A stretch of DNA of 64,000 nucleotides, taken from assembly GCA_002633005.1 (NCBI GenBank), contig NMRA01000142.1:478860-542859 (forward strand). The letters run 5' to 3'. The stretch is from Phoronis australis. Lineage: Eukaryota; Animalia; Phoronida. Positions within the stretch are counted from its first letter, which is position 1. Every line of letters begins with the position of its first letter. Shown here in pieces: positions 51,801-64,000 of the stretch. A program made the translations under genes and the position numbers. Below the pieces are notes generated by a model. That model was given only the letters and a program-made list of their open reading frames with translations. It had not been told where the DNA came from and did not search any database.

Positions 51801-54800
51801 GCAAATGACGGGTTTTCCGCGAAGCCTTCGCCTCAGTCCTAACCCGCTCGCTGGCCTCTGTTATGGTGTCCGTCGCCCGGTGGGCACCAGTGAGTGAACT
51901 GTGATTCTGCTCTCACTATCTAGTCCTGTTTCAAAGCGGTCCCATATGCAGAGACTGGCCACGTATGCCTACTTTTTTGCCAGTGTGGGCCACGGCGGCC
52001 AGTCTCTGCCGCACTGGGTGCATACTGACGCCGGCCACTCCTTTCCAGCCAGGGCAGGGAACTTCTTTACGTTTGACCATAGTCTGCGGGACGCCGGGTA
52101 GCAGCCGGAGTGCGGGGCGGGTGGCTACAAGCGGGCGGGTGAATGGAACCAGGACCGGTGACTCAGTTTGACCGGGCTTTGGTTGGTGAAGTTTTCGGGG
52201 TATGAGGGGTGGAACCCGGCGGACTTCTTTGTATCAAGCCTGACTCTGGAACGCCGCCGCCGGGGGAGACTCAGGTCCTCGATCGGTTATACACAAGGCT
52301 ATAGTCCCAAAGTTAGTGCCCTCCGCATCATTCCCGAGGCTTAATTTTCTCGGACTCAGTGAATTTTTCAAAACCAGCTTCACAAAGAGAGTCATCTGAA
52401 CCAACGGTCTCCAAATTAGCTGAGCTGCCACGATTTTGTCACGTACGTTCGCCTGCCTTTTCGCTGGGTGAGGCCAATATCGCATGCGCGCACTCCGGCA
52501 GCCTTTAATGGGGGGCTCGAATTTCTGACGATTAGGACCTTTTACTTAGGCCTACAAAAAAGCGGGGTACCACCTTCAGAGCTGTTGTGCGTTTACGCCT
52601 TTTTAGTGGACTTTTGTCTCAGTCGTCACTTTCTCTGACTTTGTTTCCGTCTGAGGCGAACCTTTTTGCCCACTTCGCCAAATGGGGGGAGGCCGAGGGG
52701 CGCGCACGATATGTTTATATATATTTATATACATATATAGTTGGCGTGAGAAAGCCTCCGCCGGGGACACAGTAAGCTGTGGGAAACTAAAGCATGCGCG
52801 CACCCACGAGGGTCTCGAAGCCCCCCCCCATTTGGCGAATTGGGAAAAAGGTCCTCCACGCGGCTCGGATAAACAAAAAGTCAGAAAAAACGAGACGAAA
52901 GTCCACTACAAAGGCAGGAATTCTACGCAAATGCATAATTAATAGTTCTGAACGTAGTACCCCTTTTTATGTTGTAGTCACCGTTTTTTTCTTAGTCTAC
53001 GTCTTGGTTTTTTTGTAAAAGGTACACATTCTTAAAAATTCGAGTCCCCATATATATTGTATTTATTATCTATTATAGTTACAAGTACAATTAATTCAAA
53101 CAGTAATAGATATAACATTCGTAAGGGAAAGATAAGTACCCAGCCCAGTTTGTGGGCGTATTAGTCACGTTAACCACACAACTCAGATGTACCATATAGA
53201 TGCGATGGTTTCTAAGTTCAAAAGCAGACTTGATATATTTGGCGAATTGCCTAGGGAAATACTGAAACGGCAGTTTTAACGTATCGTCTGAATTCTGCAA
53301 AGTTCGGGACTTGGAGTGAAACACTATTAAATAGACTAGACCTCCGCGAGTTATAAAGGGAACAATCGAACACAGAGTGTAGCTCATCCTCCACAGAATC
53401 AGAATTACAACACCAACAAAATCTTTCACTTACAGGAGTGTTTACATATCGACCAGTTTCCAAGTGCGGCAATGAGAGATTTTCTTTTCTCAACTGACCC
53501 AAAAGAGATCGCTCGGAATGAGATAAGTTAAGCTGAAGGGTTCAATTAAAAACTCGTGCTTAAATAAAATGTAGGTTCTTAACTTGGGTTTTGTTACAAC
53601 AGACTCAACCAAACATGTTTCGAGTGTTCAAATAGTTTGTTTCTAGCATCTGCTATGTTACAAGTAGTCAAATTTTGAAAACAGGATTGCATGCCAGTCA
53701 TGTAAAACAAGATTTTGATACCGTCTATCCAACAATTTTTAACAACAGAGTACTCCCATAGAAATACCTTTTTCAGTAATTTATCACCACCTGTTGTCAC
53801 TAATTTATTCCAAAGACGAGTCCCACCCAATGTCACCACTAAGAGCATGGCTGGCTGTAATTCGGTTGACCCCTAGATAAAAACGCATACCTCTGTTTTG
53901 AATATTTTCATCATTACCAAAATTTTATTGCCTCAAAAAGAAACAGATGACCCGTAATCTAAAATTGGTCCCAGACATGAATTAAATAATGTTTTAATGT
54001 TTCGAATCCGAGATTCTTGTGAACACGGAATGTTGAGTATATCTTCCCTAACGCTCTTCCAGAAGCTTCAGATAATGTAATCTATTCAAATTTTCTTTGA
54101 AGTCAAGGTGTTGATCCAGAATACAGCCTAAATATTTGTATGAGGATTTATAACTAATGACATTGTTTAAAATAAATTCAAAATTGCTTCTAGGCATACA
54201 CTTAGCTCGAAAATGGACAACGTTAGTTTTTGCCAGGTTTACAACCATTCTCCACTTTTTACACCAGTTGTTTAAAACCTTCAACATATCTTGCATGTCA
54301 TTTTCATTCTCAGACAAAAGTGCAATATCGTCGTCACCTAGAAGCACTGAAATATTGTTCGGGCCACTTCTGACACCTTTACCCATTTTTACTGTCCAGA
54401 GCAAAGTCATTTATATATAAGGCAAAGAGTGTTGGTTATAAAACGTCTCCCTGACGAACACCATTTTCAGGAGTGGACCAGCCACTATTCAGAGTGCCAT
54501 TAATCGTATACAGTTCAACGGACTTTTGCAAACGATACGAATTTGATCATACATTCTACCATTGATATATTTCAGACTGGGTGCGCGTGTGTAAAGGAAG
54601 CGAGTTGGCGGCAAATGTAGAACTAACATTGTTTAGTAAAAATGAGAACTGAAGTTTTTTTCCATGACCAGCGCAACTGAACCTGGAACCCCCTAGCCCC
54701 CCNCCCCCCCCCTCAGTCACAGTCTCACGCGCTCTGCCGGGGGAACTAAACAACATTCCGACAAATGACAGTTTTTACGCGTATCAGGAAAAGTCAACGG

Positions 54801-57800
54801 CGAGAATTGACGACTTGTAATAAAATCAAACACAACACCATCTTCTTTTGGCCTAACTTCTATCCTACCCAACAATTTCAAAAATGCGTTTTTTCAAAGT
54901 TTGGCCGTAAAACTGATAAAATGCTTTTGAACGGTTCCCCATGAACGATTAGTGCTCAAAACAATAGGTCGACAAAACTGTTTTACACACGGAATCTGGG
55001 ATAACAACAAATAAATTCCCTTCCTTTTGACAAACACTCCTACAAATGTCTGTGATTTTATCAAATCTGTTTCGTTTATTTATTGAAAAATTTTAACAAG
55101 GGTGACCTCAGGAGTGCCCAGCACTGCTGTCTATATATGGCGTTCACTCAATGCTCACATTTCTCGAAGTGTCCGCACTCCAAATCCCGTTGTTTTACAC
55201 TGTCCTTTTTGAAAATGTTCATGGTTTTTTCTTAGAGAAGGTTTAACAAACTGTGTAAATAAGTGCATGCATCACCATTTCATCTGCAAAAACAAATTGA
55301 AAATGGCTTTACCGTTTGAGTACTTTACTGTTGCTACAAAGCCGAAACACCATTATTTATTTTTTTTTCGATTTCTGGGCTAAATATTTGTATTTAATGT
55401 ATTGTCATTTATTTGTGTAGCAATAAAAATGTATTTATTTATTCTTTTAGAGACTGGGTTGCTCGATGGGTGGGGAACAACGTTCTCCGTCCCTAGGGAT
55501 CCAGTTAAAATGTACAATACTACAACAATATAAACGAGACAAAGAAAATAATATAATAGAATTAAATAGAATTATTGCAACACATAAAAGAAGGACGTAA
55601 ATGCGAAAGTTCCGACAAAGTAAAAGAACGCTACAGTCAGGCAAAAAATAATTAAATGTACATATGGACAATGAGAGTTTTAAAAGTATAAAACTTATAC
55701 CAAAGAGGGCTTACACGGAGGAATGGCCCCTACACAACAAAAAAACGCCGTCGGCATGCCGCTTTTAAGGCTACGCGGACACTTTTTCTCCAAAAATTGT
55801 GGTTTGGCCCCACCCCCCACTACATTCTACATCCGAAAGTATATATCACACCAGTTGCGTATGTCGTACATATATAGTTACCATTTATCAATTTTAGATT
55901 ACTCATGTCTGCAATATGTCTAATGTCAGTCACATCCACACTGTGCGACTGCCACTTCTAACATCGTCATGCACGTGGCTATATACCGACACTGACGGGC
56001 GGACTCAAAGATGATTTGTTCGTAAACGCTTCATATACACACATTTTGTGGACTCCCGGGTTACCTTGATATCATCGCTAAGAATTTCAGAGGCTTTTGA
56101 AGCCTCCCAAATAATCCTTGTGTAAAATTAACCCACACAACATCGCACCAGTTTGATATGGACAGAACAAGAGTCTATTACATGTTGAAAGTTGTATTTT
56201 GCTCTGTTTAGGTGGCTAAAAACTAAAGTCGATTTAGGCATTGTACTCTAATAATATCGCTCTCATAATATTCCTCGCCTTGATAGGATTCTATTTCCGT
56301 TATCAACTCGAATCACAAGCAATGCGTACATGCGTCATTTCCGAATTCGCAATTTTAGGGTTAACCAAATCCAAAAAACTCTGAAACATTTTCTTGAGTC
56401 GTTGATGGTTTCGGTCTTCTTGTTTTTAACGGAAATAGAATCAAGTCACAGCAAGGAAATTGTGGGACCGATTTTACGAGAGTCCTATTTTGATTTTCGC
56501 TTTTTAATCAGCTAAACTAAGCAAAATGTAGCTTTAAAGTTGAGTTCTTTGGCCAACAATTCTAATTTTCGTAGCAGTCCCTTTTTCTTGAACACTTTGC
56601 CACTGATGGTTAACCAGATAGACCTACCTGCAATAGTCGATGTGCATGTCACGCTGTTTTTCAAGAGGCTCCTTGATTATTACGTCAAAATGCTGTGAAA
56701 AAGAACAAGTACACTTAAAGGCGCCATAAACCATATGTCAAAATCAACTTTCGTTCGTCACGTATTTCCTGTTCTAAGGCAAAGTCATCGCGATCATTCC
56801 TTATGGGCAGCCAAATGGGCATAAAACAGTTAATAAAAAATTCTAACCTAATTAGTAATTTTGCCTTTCCTCGCACTTAACTAGTTCCCGTTTCCACCGA
56901 CAGGTTTTATTTTGTAAACAGATTTGATTTTTACGAGTTAGGTTTGATTTTCCAAACACGATTGATTTTTACGAATTATGTTTGACGTTTAGAAATTAGG
57001 ATTAGTTTTCCAAACAGGACTGATTTTTAAGAATTAAGATTGATTTTTCCAATAACTATTTTTTGTCCTTTCCGCGGCCCTTAATTCCTGTCCTTTGAAT
57101 GAATTACGGTCTTTATGCGCGGAGCATGGTCTCGGGCCATAGGGAGATGACAGTTATTTTCAAGACTTAAAACCACTACTAATCTAAGTAAGGAAGAATT
57201 TGAAATCATATTCTTGGTAAATGCTTTTAATCAAACGTTCCTTTCTCTGACGAAACGCAGGGCTAGTGAAAAATAGGCACCATCAACAATTCTTTCAATG
57301 TCGATTTTTCAATTTGCAATAAATACTTTTGATTAACTGTGAAGTAATATGTTGAACGAGTTTTCCTAGACGGTGAAAGATCTGCCAAAGTGGTTGGGAA
57401 ACAGAAAATTGCGCTGAGTGCAAGTATGCTTAAGGTAAATGAGAAAAACAATGAAACCCTTTTTACTTTCATTAAAGTGTATTGTTATTTTTGTGAATTT
57501 GCTGATCATTCGTCAATTGAGAAACACGATAGTGCAATTAGTAGACCTACCTCTTTCATAATCACTAGAAGTTCCACATCCGTCTTGCATACAATAGTCG
57601 ACGTACGCTTTTCCTCATTCATAAGTGCTATTTCCTGAACAGAAAAAATGACAGTCCTTACTCATCCTGTTTTCGAAAATTAATTCTTGCACAGATTTTT
57701 TTATTATTTTGGTAGTCACAGTTTTGCTGACACTCCTCTTGTAGAAGCGTTACTTTTTTGGTTGGCGTAACAGATCGAAATATCTAATGTTCGATGCTAC

Positions 57801-60800
57801 ATAACGTCAAAAAAGAATCAATTGTATTTTGTCCGACATTATTTTGGCTTCTTTTTTATCCAAAAATCAACGTCTTTACCATAATCTAGAGGGATGAAAC
57901 CAAGGATTGCCCAGGATTTACATTTATTATCTGTTTGGAGATACCTCAGCGAATGAGAAGATCCGCCGACAGAAAAAATCACATGTGAACGCTCAGCAGA
58001 CGTCTGCTCCACCTCCTTATCTTCCGCCTTAAACTCAGATGGCACGTCTGCTCTCGTGAGCGCGCGAATCTCCCAGCAATTTCAACCATACAAGAAACAT
58101 GTTTTTGTTCTAGCATAGTGTTGGTGTCAATGTTGGGTACGAGGAACAAATAGATCCAAGGGCCTTTGCCATGAGAATTGTGAACTCTACTGGCCGGAAT
58201 ATTAGCATTCTGCACATCATTATCGTGCTAATAAGGCGTAAGAATTAGACGTTTGATAGGAGCCCTTTGTGAAACCTCGTTTCAAGCGTCGGGTCTTCCT
58301 TCTGATGAGCCGTCCTATTTACTTTCTTCTAAAAATTACACATCTGAAGGTGGTATTTGTCATTGACTTTGTGTTATCCGTTTTTCCCACATATACTATA
58401 TGTATGCTTGTTTATTGAAGTGACATGTGCTTAAACTTAAACAATTAATTCCGAATTTGAAAACACATCCAGCCCTTTGGGCTTACTTACAAGTCACTGA
58501 TTACATACTAGCATATAAACACCTCTTGCGTTTGTTTAAAAAATGCTTCATCAACAAAAACAGAAAGCTCCTTGAGCAAATTAATAAGTAAAAACCAAGC
58601 CTATCTCCATCATATTTATTTTTGTTTGTCATTCTATTTTTTGTCCAACGAAATAACCTTAACTCACCCCAAAAGCCTCTCCGCGTGACATTTGGTGAAC
58701 AGTTCTTACAAACGGTTGTCCCGTTTTGGGATGAGTCTCCCTGACGTTAATCAGAACAGTCCCGGATAAGATCAAATAGAAGGAAGACGGTGGGTGTCCC
58801 TCTTTAACAACGATCCTTCGGGCTTCGTAGCTGAAATCATGACAAAATCTGAGTTTTTACATGGTATTTGTGCTTGTTTTGTGTTTTACAGCTTGGCGCC
58901 TGCGCATAATTAAAGCGTTTGTGTAGGAAGGATTCTTGTTGGTAAAACTATTAAAAACCACAGTCTAGTGCTCCTTTAAAGTACCTCGCGATCTTGAGCT
59001 GAGCAAAAGGTATTCTATATTTTTTTACATATTTGATAGGTTTTGTTGCTATGGTTACATTTCTAGCATGTGTACATGATATCTTAATTATTTAAAGTGA
59101 CATCAAGAAAACAACCCAACAAAAATATTGATCTTAAATCGTTCCCTACCATGCGCGTACCCCCCCCCCCTCATTTGGCGAAGTGGGCAAAAAGGTCCGC
59201 TTCATAGAAACAAAAAGTCCGAGAAAACGAGACAAAAATCCACTGAAAAGGCACAGACGCACAGTGAAGGTGGCACCCCGTTTTTTTTAGTCCTCCCGCT
59301 TTTTTTGTCAGCAAAAGGTCCACATCGCCAGAAATTCGAACCCCCCCATATTAAAGGCTGGGTGCGCGCCATGTTGGTCAGGAAGTTTCGGGGAGACGTA
59401 AGCAACTGGCCTACGGGAAGTCACGAAAAATGCACACGATCTCAAACGGCTGGCTTTCCCTTATTACGTGTCTCTGGAGGTTAAAATTTGACTGCGATTT
59501 CACCGTAGACTAGTCACACGCGAAGGATACGCACCTTTGGTACACCATACATCGTGCTAGTTGAACCTGTGTATGTATTGGATAATCTTCGAAAGAATCA
59601 TTCCCTCGTAGAAGAGTTAGTATCTGAAACATACAAACTGATTCATTTTAGATGGATGGATGGATTGACAGATGGATGGATGGATTGAGTGGCTGGATAG
59701 ACGAATTGTGAGCAAATGAATAAGTGGGCGGTTTGGTGTGTGGGTGAGTGTGCGGGTGGGCCGGTGAGTGGACGTATACTCATACCTGCCAATGAGAAGC
59801 AGAACACAAATACTAAAACGACTTAAAACAAAAATACAATTACAAGATCAGGAAGCAACAGCCAAAAATCAAGAGTAGTACTATAAATAAATAAAACGTC
59901 GTTCGAGGGGAATGGACCACTTTTACTTTCAAATGCCTGGGATGGCTACTATATATAGCGCAGCAAGTAAAAAATAGTCATTTTTTCATTTGCCAATTTT
60001 TCAATCTTTTGCACTGGCTTTTTTTGCTTCCGTCTTCCGCACAATGCTCAAAATACGAACGTAAATAGAAGACCGTTACGTTACGGCCGACGTACTAGTA
60101 GGCCCTACTATACTGTAAGCCACCGCCGGGTGTCGTATTCACGCCGGTCGCCGGGGCACTTACTGTTTGGATATGTTCCGCAGTTCGTTTATGAGGAGGG
60201 ATCGCTAGAATCTTCTTCAGTTTCTCTCCTGTTCGCAACTGAAGGATAAGGAGTTATTAAATAGCAGAAAGCACATAAATATACATCCTTTTTATTTAGA
60301 AATTTGATTGAGTCGAATTAATTGTAGCATCCATGGTCTGCGTGAGCTCAGTAGTACTTTAACCAATCGCTACGTGTCGCTAGTAGGCCTACTTAATTAA
60401 ATCAAGCTTACACGCAAAGCACAGAAGATTAATATTTCAAAAATGATATCTCAGTGAGACAAGAAATATTATAACATAACACACTATAATACCAGTTTTG
60501 TTCAAAAATCTATCGTAACCCTATAATACTGATAAAGAACGGCAATTAGGTGCTAAATGCTTCTTATACCAAATAATTGACAGCCTGACTATTGTGTCCC
60601 ATATGGTCTAGTGGCTAGGATTCCAGGCTCTCACCCTGGCGGCCCGGGTTCGATTCCCGGTGTGGGAACATTGCTTTTTTCGTGTCTTTTCACGTGAGCT
60701 GTAAGAATATTCAAACCATATTAGGTCTGAAGTTCAGTCCCAAATATTCTATAAATTAATGGGAGGCCGAATTGAAATTTCGTAGTTCTCAAATGGTACT

Positions 60801-61628
60801 ACAGCTTGATCAGCGCTCACTATGTGCCAAAGTACTCACGCTTGGACCCTTGGTGAAGGATTGGGGATTGAAAGCCAGTAACTTGTTGAAATCCGCCTGA
60901 AGGTTTAATTGCATTTCGACCAACGACCACTCATTTGACACGCTCTTTCTAATGTAACTGTTGAGAAATAACAATTATAGTTAGTTAAACCATAGATATT
61001 AGTATATCTATAGTCTATGGTTAAACTACGAACTACATAAGTTCACGTAATTTTTGCAATTTAATAAAGTAACACCATGGGCATTGAAACCCTTACAAAC
61101 ATTTAAAAACGCCTGAAATTTAAGTGATGGTGTGTCTTGTTTAATTAATTAATTGATAAGTGTTAGATTGAATAGAGCGATGTATATCCGACTTAATAAA
61201 GTAGCCGGCGACTAGTGGTTCGGCGGCGTGTTTTTCGTTATATTATGGAAATCAATGTAAGTTATGAAACTTGAGTAAATATATTGCATATGGCACAGTT
61301 ATTCAGTTACCATCACACGCCTCAGGCGAATTAATTTAGGGGTCTGCCCATCCTGGCCGGCTCCCCTGGTAGGCCTACCGTAAGACAAGATTGTCAAAAA
61401 ACGTCTTCAGCACGCCGTTATTGCCCAAGGCTTAGGCGGACATTTTCCTTCGAAAACTTTGGATGCCGCAAGACGAGCCCCAACCCTTTTTTGTGACAGG
61501 GCAAGCTACACCCACCAGTGGGCCTGCTCCGGCGTCATGACGGAAACTCGAGTAAACAAGATATGACAAAATAGGGCCGTTGTTCATGACGAGACGCTTC
61601 TTTGACCCTTATGCCTTCATCAGCCGAA

Positions 61629-61678
<50 letters not shown>

Positions 61679-62886
61679 AATCCCGGGTTTCGGCATAATT
61701 TTATGTTTTTGCAATTTTTGAATTTCATTGCTAAAGCACTTGAAATACATCAAGTACGTCAATAATAATTAAACACAACATTAACCATATAAAATTTTTG
61801 GGTGGACATAGAACAAAGTAACATAAATAATGACGAAGTGTGTAGAACTCGGTGCGTGGTGTGCGGATCATCACTGATTCAGCCGATGTGCTTGTATTGA
61901 ACGATGCTGTACCATACAACAAAATTACAGAATTTTTACCAAAGAAAATATTTGAAATAGACTAAATTTCTAAGCAAATATATCACCATACCTTTTTAAA
62001 GCAATGCAAGTTCCTGTTATTATTCGTATAGTCCGTGCCACGCGTCGAAATTTCTCCAGAGGCTGAAAAGATATATTTATGAGACAGCTTGGTTGGGGAC
62101 CTGCATCTTATTTTCATTACTGCCAGAAAGTTTTCATATTCTTCAATCAATCCACAATTTCAGTTATAGAATGTGTCGATACCTCATAATTATTACCTTT
62201 AATTCTGGTCTGCCTTTCGATTTCGAATTTCCTAACGATCCAACGCTGAGAGAACTATACTGGTGGCTGTGACGTCGTCTCGAGTGCCTCATTTTTCTTA
62301 CAAAAGTAGCTGCAGCATCGATGTTAAAACTTTTTCGGCGACGAGAAGAGGGAGTTGAATCATTTTTGCTTGCCCCCGCTGCCACAGACAAAGTTTTTCT
62401 GGTGCGCGAAGTACGTGGCGAAACACCCGTTGAAGCGGTGGTTTCTGTCTCGTCCAAACTTAAAATTCGGGCGCCCGTTTGCCGGCCTTTTTCGCTTTCT
62501 AAAGCAGTGTTGTTTATTGAAAAACTTGTTGTTGGAGAAATGTCGGCCACCTGCCGAGGTGAAAAACGCGGCGATGTGCTAGACAGCGAATCCCTCGGAG
62601 ACGGGCCGGGAGAAAGAACCGAACCTTCCCGAAGTGACGTCAATTTGCCTAATGAGACGTCGGAACAATCGGATGGACGACGATTGAAGATATTTGGCAC
62701 TAATAAATGTATGTTCGACGTTAGCGTATCGCCGGTCCAGGTTCTCCGTCTGTCTCGTCCGTGAGACTGTGGCACGTCCAAACGTGGCAATGTACGAGCC
62801 AAACTGGCACCCAGTGCCAACTTCATACCTGAAGGATTGCCAGACTCGCCTCTTCTGTAAACGTCCATCGACACGCTTGGAAACAT
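42694..62886 (-). CDS. Cyclic nucleotide-binding domain protein (CNBD2-like), 798 aa, 18 coding exons
   Basis: Exons 62197-62886, 61992-62062, 60840-60957, 60164-60238, 59535-59623, 58668-58830, 57551-57634, 56628-56692, 48553-48630 (duplicate at 51364-51441), 48090-48150, 47670-47820, 47083-47210, 45738-45833, 45170-45290, 44797-44876, 44463-44540, 43806-43940, 42694-42807. They total 2397 nt with all phases consistent. CNB motifs VVKEGHPPSSFYLILSG and GEAFGEIALMNEEKRTSTI. Confidence 0.88.
42860..43130. repeat. Degenerate (ATC/GTC)n low-complexity intronic tract
   Basis: tcatcatcgccatcactgtcgtcattgtaatcgccatc pattern. Confidence 0.7.
43522..43770. mobile_element. MITE with CATGCGCGCACC TIRs; further copies at 49701-49930, 50016-50253, 52483-52710, about 52793-53050 and 59150-59373
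   Basis: TIR catgcgcgcacc / ggtgcgcgcatg, flanked here by CGATT on both sides. Shared internal accttttt-gcccacttcgccaaatg. Confidence 0.8.
43806..43940 (-). CDS. CNBD gene exon, end of the second CNB-like domain
   Basis: GLENMLQKSTKSFTLVSGGAECILISKKLFLKEANAKVLRVVSDL. Confidence 0.88.
45965..46435. mobile_element. Foldback-like element with tandem subrepeats in its inverted arms
   Basis: Tandem aaattt.tcacgccaggac units on the left, mirrored by cgtgataaattt units on the right. Confidence 0.65.
48387..48458 (-). tRNA. tRNA-His (GTG)
   Basis: GCCGTGG...CAGCG-TTGTGGC-CGCTT...CCCGG-TTCGAAT-CCGGG-CCACGGC-A, 72 nt, with an oligo-T run about 35 nt downstream. Confidence 0.9.
49024..49072. mobile_element. 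35-bp inverted-ended insert with 7-bp TSD
   Basis: GTCCTAA-caaagat...atctttg-GTCCTAA. The duplicate region has a single GTCCTAA at 51836-51842. Confidence 0.8.
50258..51032 (-). mobile_element. 3' end of a decayed LINE (duplicate copy, cut by the gap)
   Basis: LHLETGRY-like motif with ERFCWCC...VEDELHSVFDCSLY, a C-terminal motif of CR1/L2-group elements. Confidence 0.8.
51033..51317. other. Assembly gap
   Basis: Run of N. Confidence 1.
53055..54560 (-). mobile_element. 5'-truncated decayed LINE (CR1/L2/Crack group), reverse-transcriptase pseudogene
   Basis: NGVRQGDVL*PTLFALYIND, LLGDDDIALL (YADD region), WCKKWRMVVNLAKT, YKYLG, plus the ETGRY/CCHC tail. Contains stops and frameshifts. Confidence 0.88.
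57551..57634 (-). CDS. CNBD gene exon, phosphate-binding cassette
   Basis: EIALMNEEKRTSTIVCKTDVELLVIMKE. Confidence 0.92.
58668..58830 (-). CDS. CNBD gene exon, core of the first CNB domain
   Basis: YEARRIVVKEGHPPSSFYLILSGTVLINV...MSRGEAFG; tttcag / gtgagt. Confidence 0.92.
59650..59700 (+). repeat. (GGAT)n microsatellite
   Basis: gatggatggatggattgacagatggatggatggat. Confidence 0.7.
60597..60668 (+). tRNA. tRNA-Glu (CTC)
   Basis: TCCCATA...CCAGG-CTCTCAC-CCTGG...GGTTCGATTCC...TGTGGGA-A, with a TTTTTT terminator at 60675. Confidence 0.95.
60984..61026. mobile_element. 29-bp inverted-ended insert with 7-bp TSD
   Basis: GTTAAAC-cataga...tctatg-GTTAAAC. Confidence 0.7.
61623..61695 (+). tRNA. 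tRNA-Phe (GAA)
   Basis: GCCGAAATAGCTCAGTTGGGAGAGCG-TCAGA-CTGAAGA-TCTGA-AGGTCCCTGGTTCAATCCCGGGTTTCGGCA, with T runs downstream. Confidence 0.96.
62197..62886 (-). CDS. CNBD gene first coding exon, Ser/Arg-rich low-complexity N-terminus
   Basis: 230 open codons from MFPSVSMDVY with an in-frame stop upstream. Donor AAG|gtaata is in phase with the next exon PLEKFRRVARTIRII. Confidence 0.8.
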
Positions 62887-62969
62887 TTCGAAATTCTCTC
62901 TTTTAACCAACTCTCTTCACTAGATCGACCCCAGCAAACCAACTATCATTTATAAATAGCAAAAGATCT

Positions 62970-62983
62970 GTTTTTACGGCAAC
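62970..62983 (-). promoter_or_regulatory. Candidate RFX X-box upstream of the CNBD gene
   Basis: Minus strand GTTGCCGTAAAAAC vs consensus GTHNYYATRRNAAC (one mismatch), about 85 bp upstream of the ATG. Confidence 0.4.
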
Positions 62984-64000
62984 CCCGTTATTCACTAATC
63001 ACAAACATTGCTCAGCATCGACTTGGTTTCCTCATAGCTCCAGACTATTTCTATGATAGGTGCTCTTTCATCCACTAAGTATAACTCGAATATAAATTAG
63101 ACAGGTTCATTTTGTTAAAAGCAATCGCCCACAGTTTATCTTTAAATGTTTATTCTTGATACGACTAAGAAAGAACAAGCAAGCATGTCTGAGTCTTGTT
63201 AAAATTACGTTAGAAATTAATCGTCGTGTTTGGCCCCGCTGGCTTCAGCTGAAATGCATTTTAATAATTTAAAATATTCAAAATCATGTCTCTAATATAG
63301 CAATAACAATTCTAATATAGTATTTTAAAACCCATTAGGACAAAGTAATTAAGAATCACATTTAAAAGAGAACGCCAGGCAATTGAGTTTTTGCAATCTT
63401 GTTGACTGAAATGAGTAGATTATTCACTGAACCATGTACAACAAATCATGTGCCATTTAATATCAAGTTTATGCAAGATATTATAGCTTGCGCACTGGAC
63501 CTGTTGAATTCCCATGAGTTGGTGAGGCGAGTATGACTATCAAAGTTGGCCTGCCGCTTGTATTATGTTATCGAACTGAAATATTGCAAACAAACACCAG
63601 TTTGATAAACTCATAGACTTGACCAGTCGTGGAAACAAATGGTGTTTTGATTAAGTTGCGATTGTATTATCGACATGGAAGAAGTCTCTTTCATAAAATG
63701 GGAGGAAAATAAAGATTACATTGCGTTACGCTTTGCTTTCAACTGTCACGTTTTGAAATAAATTAACTGCGCTGGGACTCTTTTCTGTGGTTGCGCAAAT
63801 ACACTTGCAAGGATTTCCAGTCTGACGGTTTGTACTGACATCTATCGAGTGTATCAGACAACATGCCCTGAAGCACGGCGTGAGATTTTGGTTGTCGAAT
63901 ATTTGCTGCACAGTGTCGTATTATATGTATAGAGCCTAATCGACATTACTTTTACTATATTTCATTCAACGTTGGAAGACAGGGACATTGATTCAAGAGT

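Larger units (their letters stand above)
48507..53831 (+). repeat. About 2.5-kb direct duplication (48507-51032 vs 51318-53831) flanking an N-gap, probably uncollapsed haplotypes
   Basis: Near-identical copies with scattered SNPs and indels; both inner boundaries coincide exactly with the gap edges. Confidence 0.85.

Noticed and set aside
57839-58045. 68-aa ORF with a GAG|gtatct donor as an extra CNBD exon
   Set aside because: It would split the contiguous FG|EIAL cassette, and there is no good acceptor
58268-58316. Hammerhead ribozyme (ctgatgag with a nearby gaaac)
   Set aside because: The core elements are not flanked by pairable stems in the needed order
62321-62764. 147-aa plus-strand ORF
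   Set aside because: Antisense shadow of the large CNBD first exon

Overview
AT-rich eukaryotic genomic DNA from a metazoan invertebrate draft assembly, with N-gaps at 13599-14071 and 51033-51317. I reconstructed spliced genes by reading splice sites by hand. (1) The 5' part of a sushi/CCP-repeat gene on the minus strand, apparently continuing beyond the left edge. (2) A two-exon, 51-aa TOM5/TOMM5-like gene (+, 12887-19971) that the ORF track misses. (3) A complete 6-exon PRPS gene (-, 318 aa) arranged head-to-head with (4) a complete 6-exon UBE2K gene (+, 200 aa). (5) An 18-exon, 798-aa CNBD2-like cyclic-nucleotide-binding protein gene (-, 42694-62886). Its introns hold tRNA-His, tRNA-Glu and tRNA-Phe genes, a decayed LINE, MITEs and two tiny inverted-repeat inserts with 7-bp target-site duplications that look like P-superfamily excision footprints. 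Most ORFs in the supplied track are spurious or come from repeats. I found no convincing wholly new multi-gene system. The best leads are the footprints, the hidden microprotein gene, a possible N-terminally extended PRPS isoform and the split second CNB domain.
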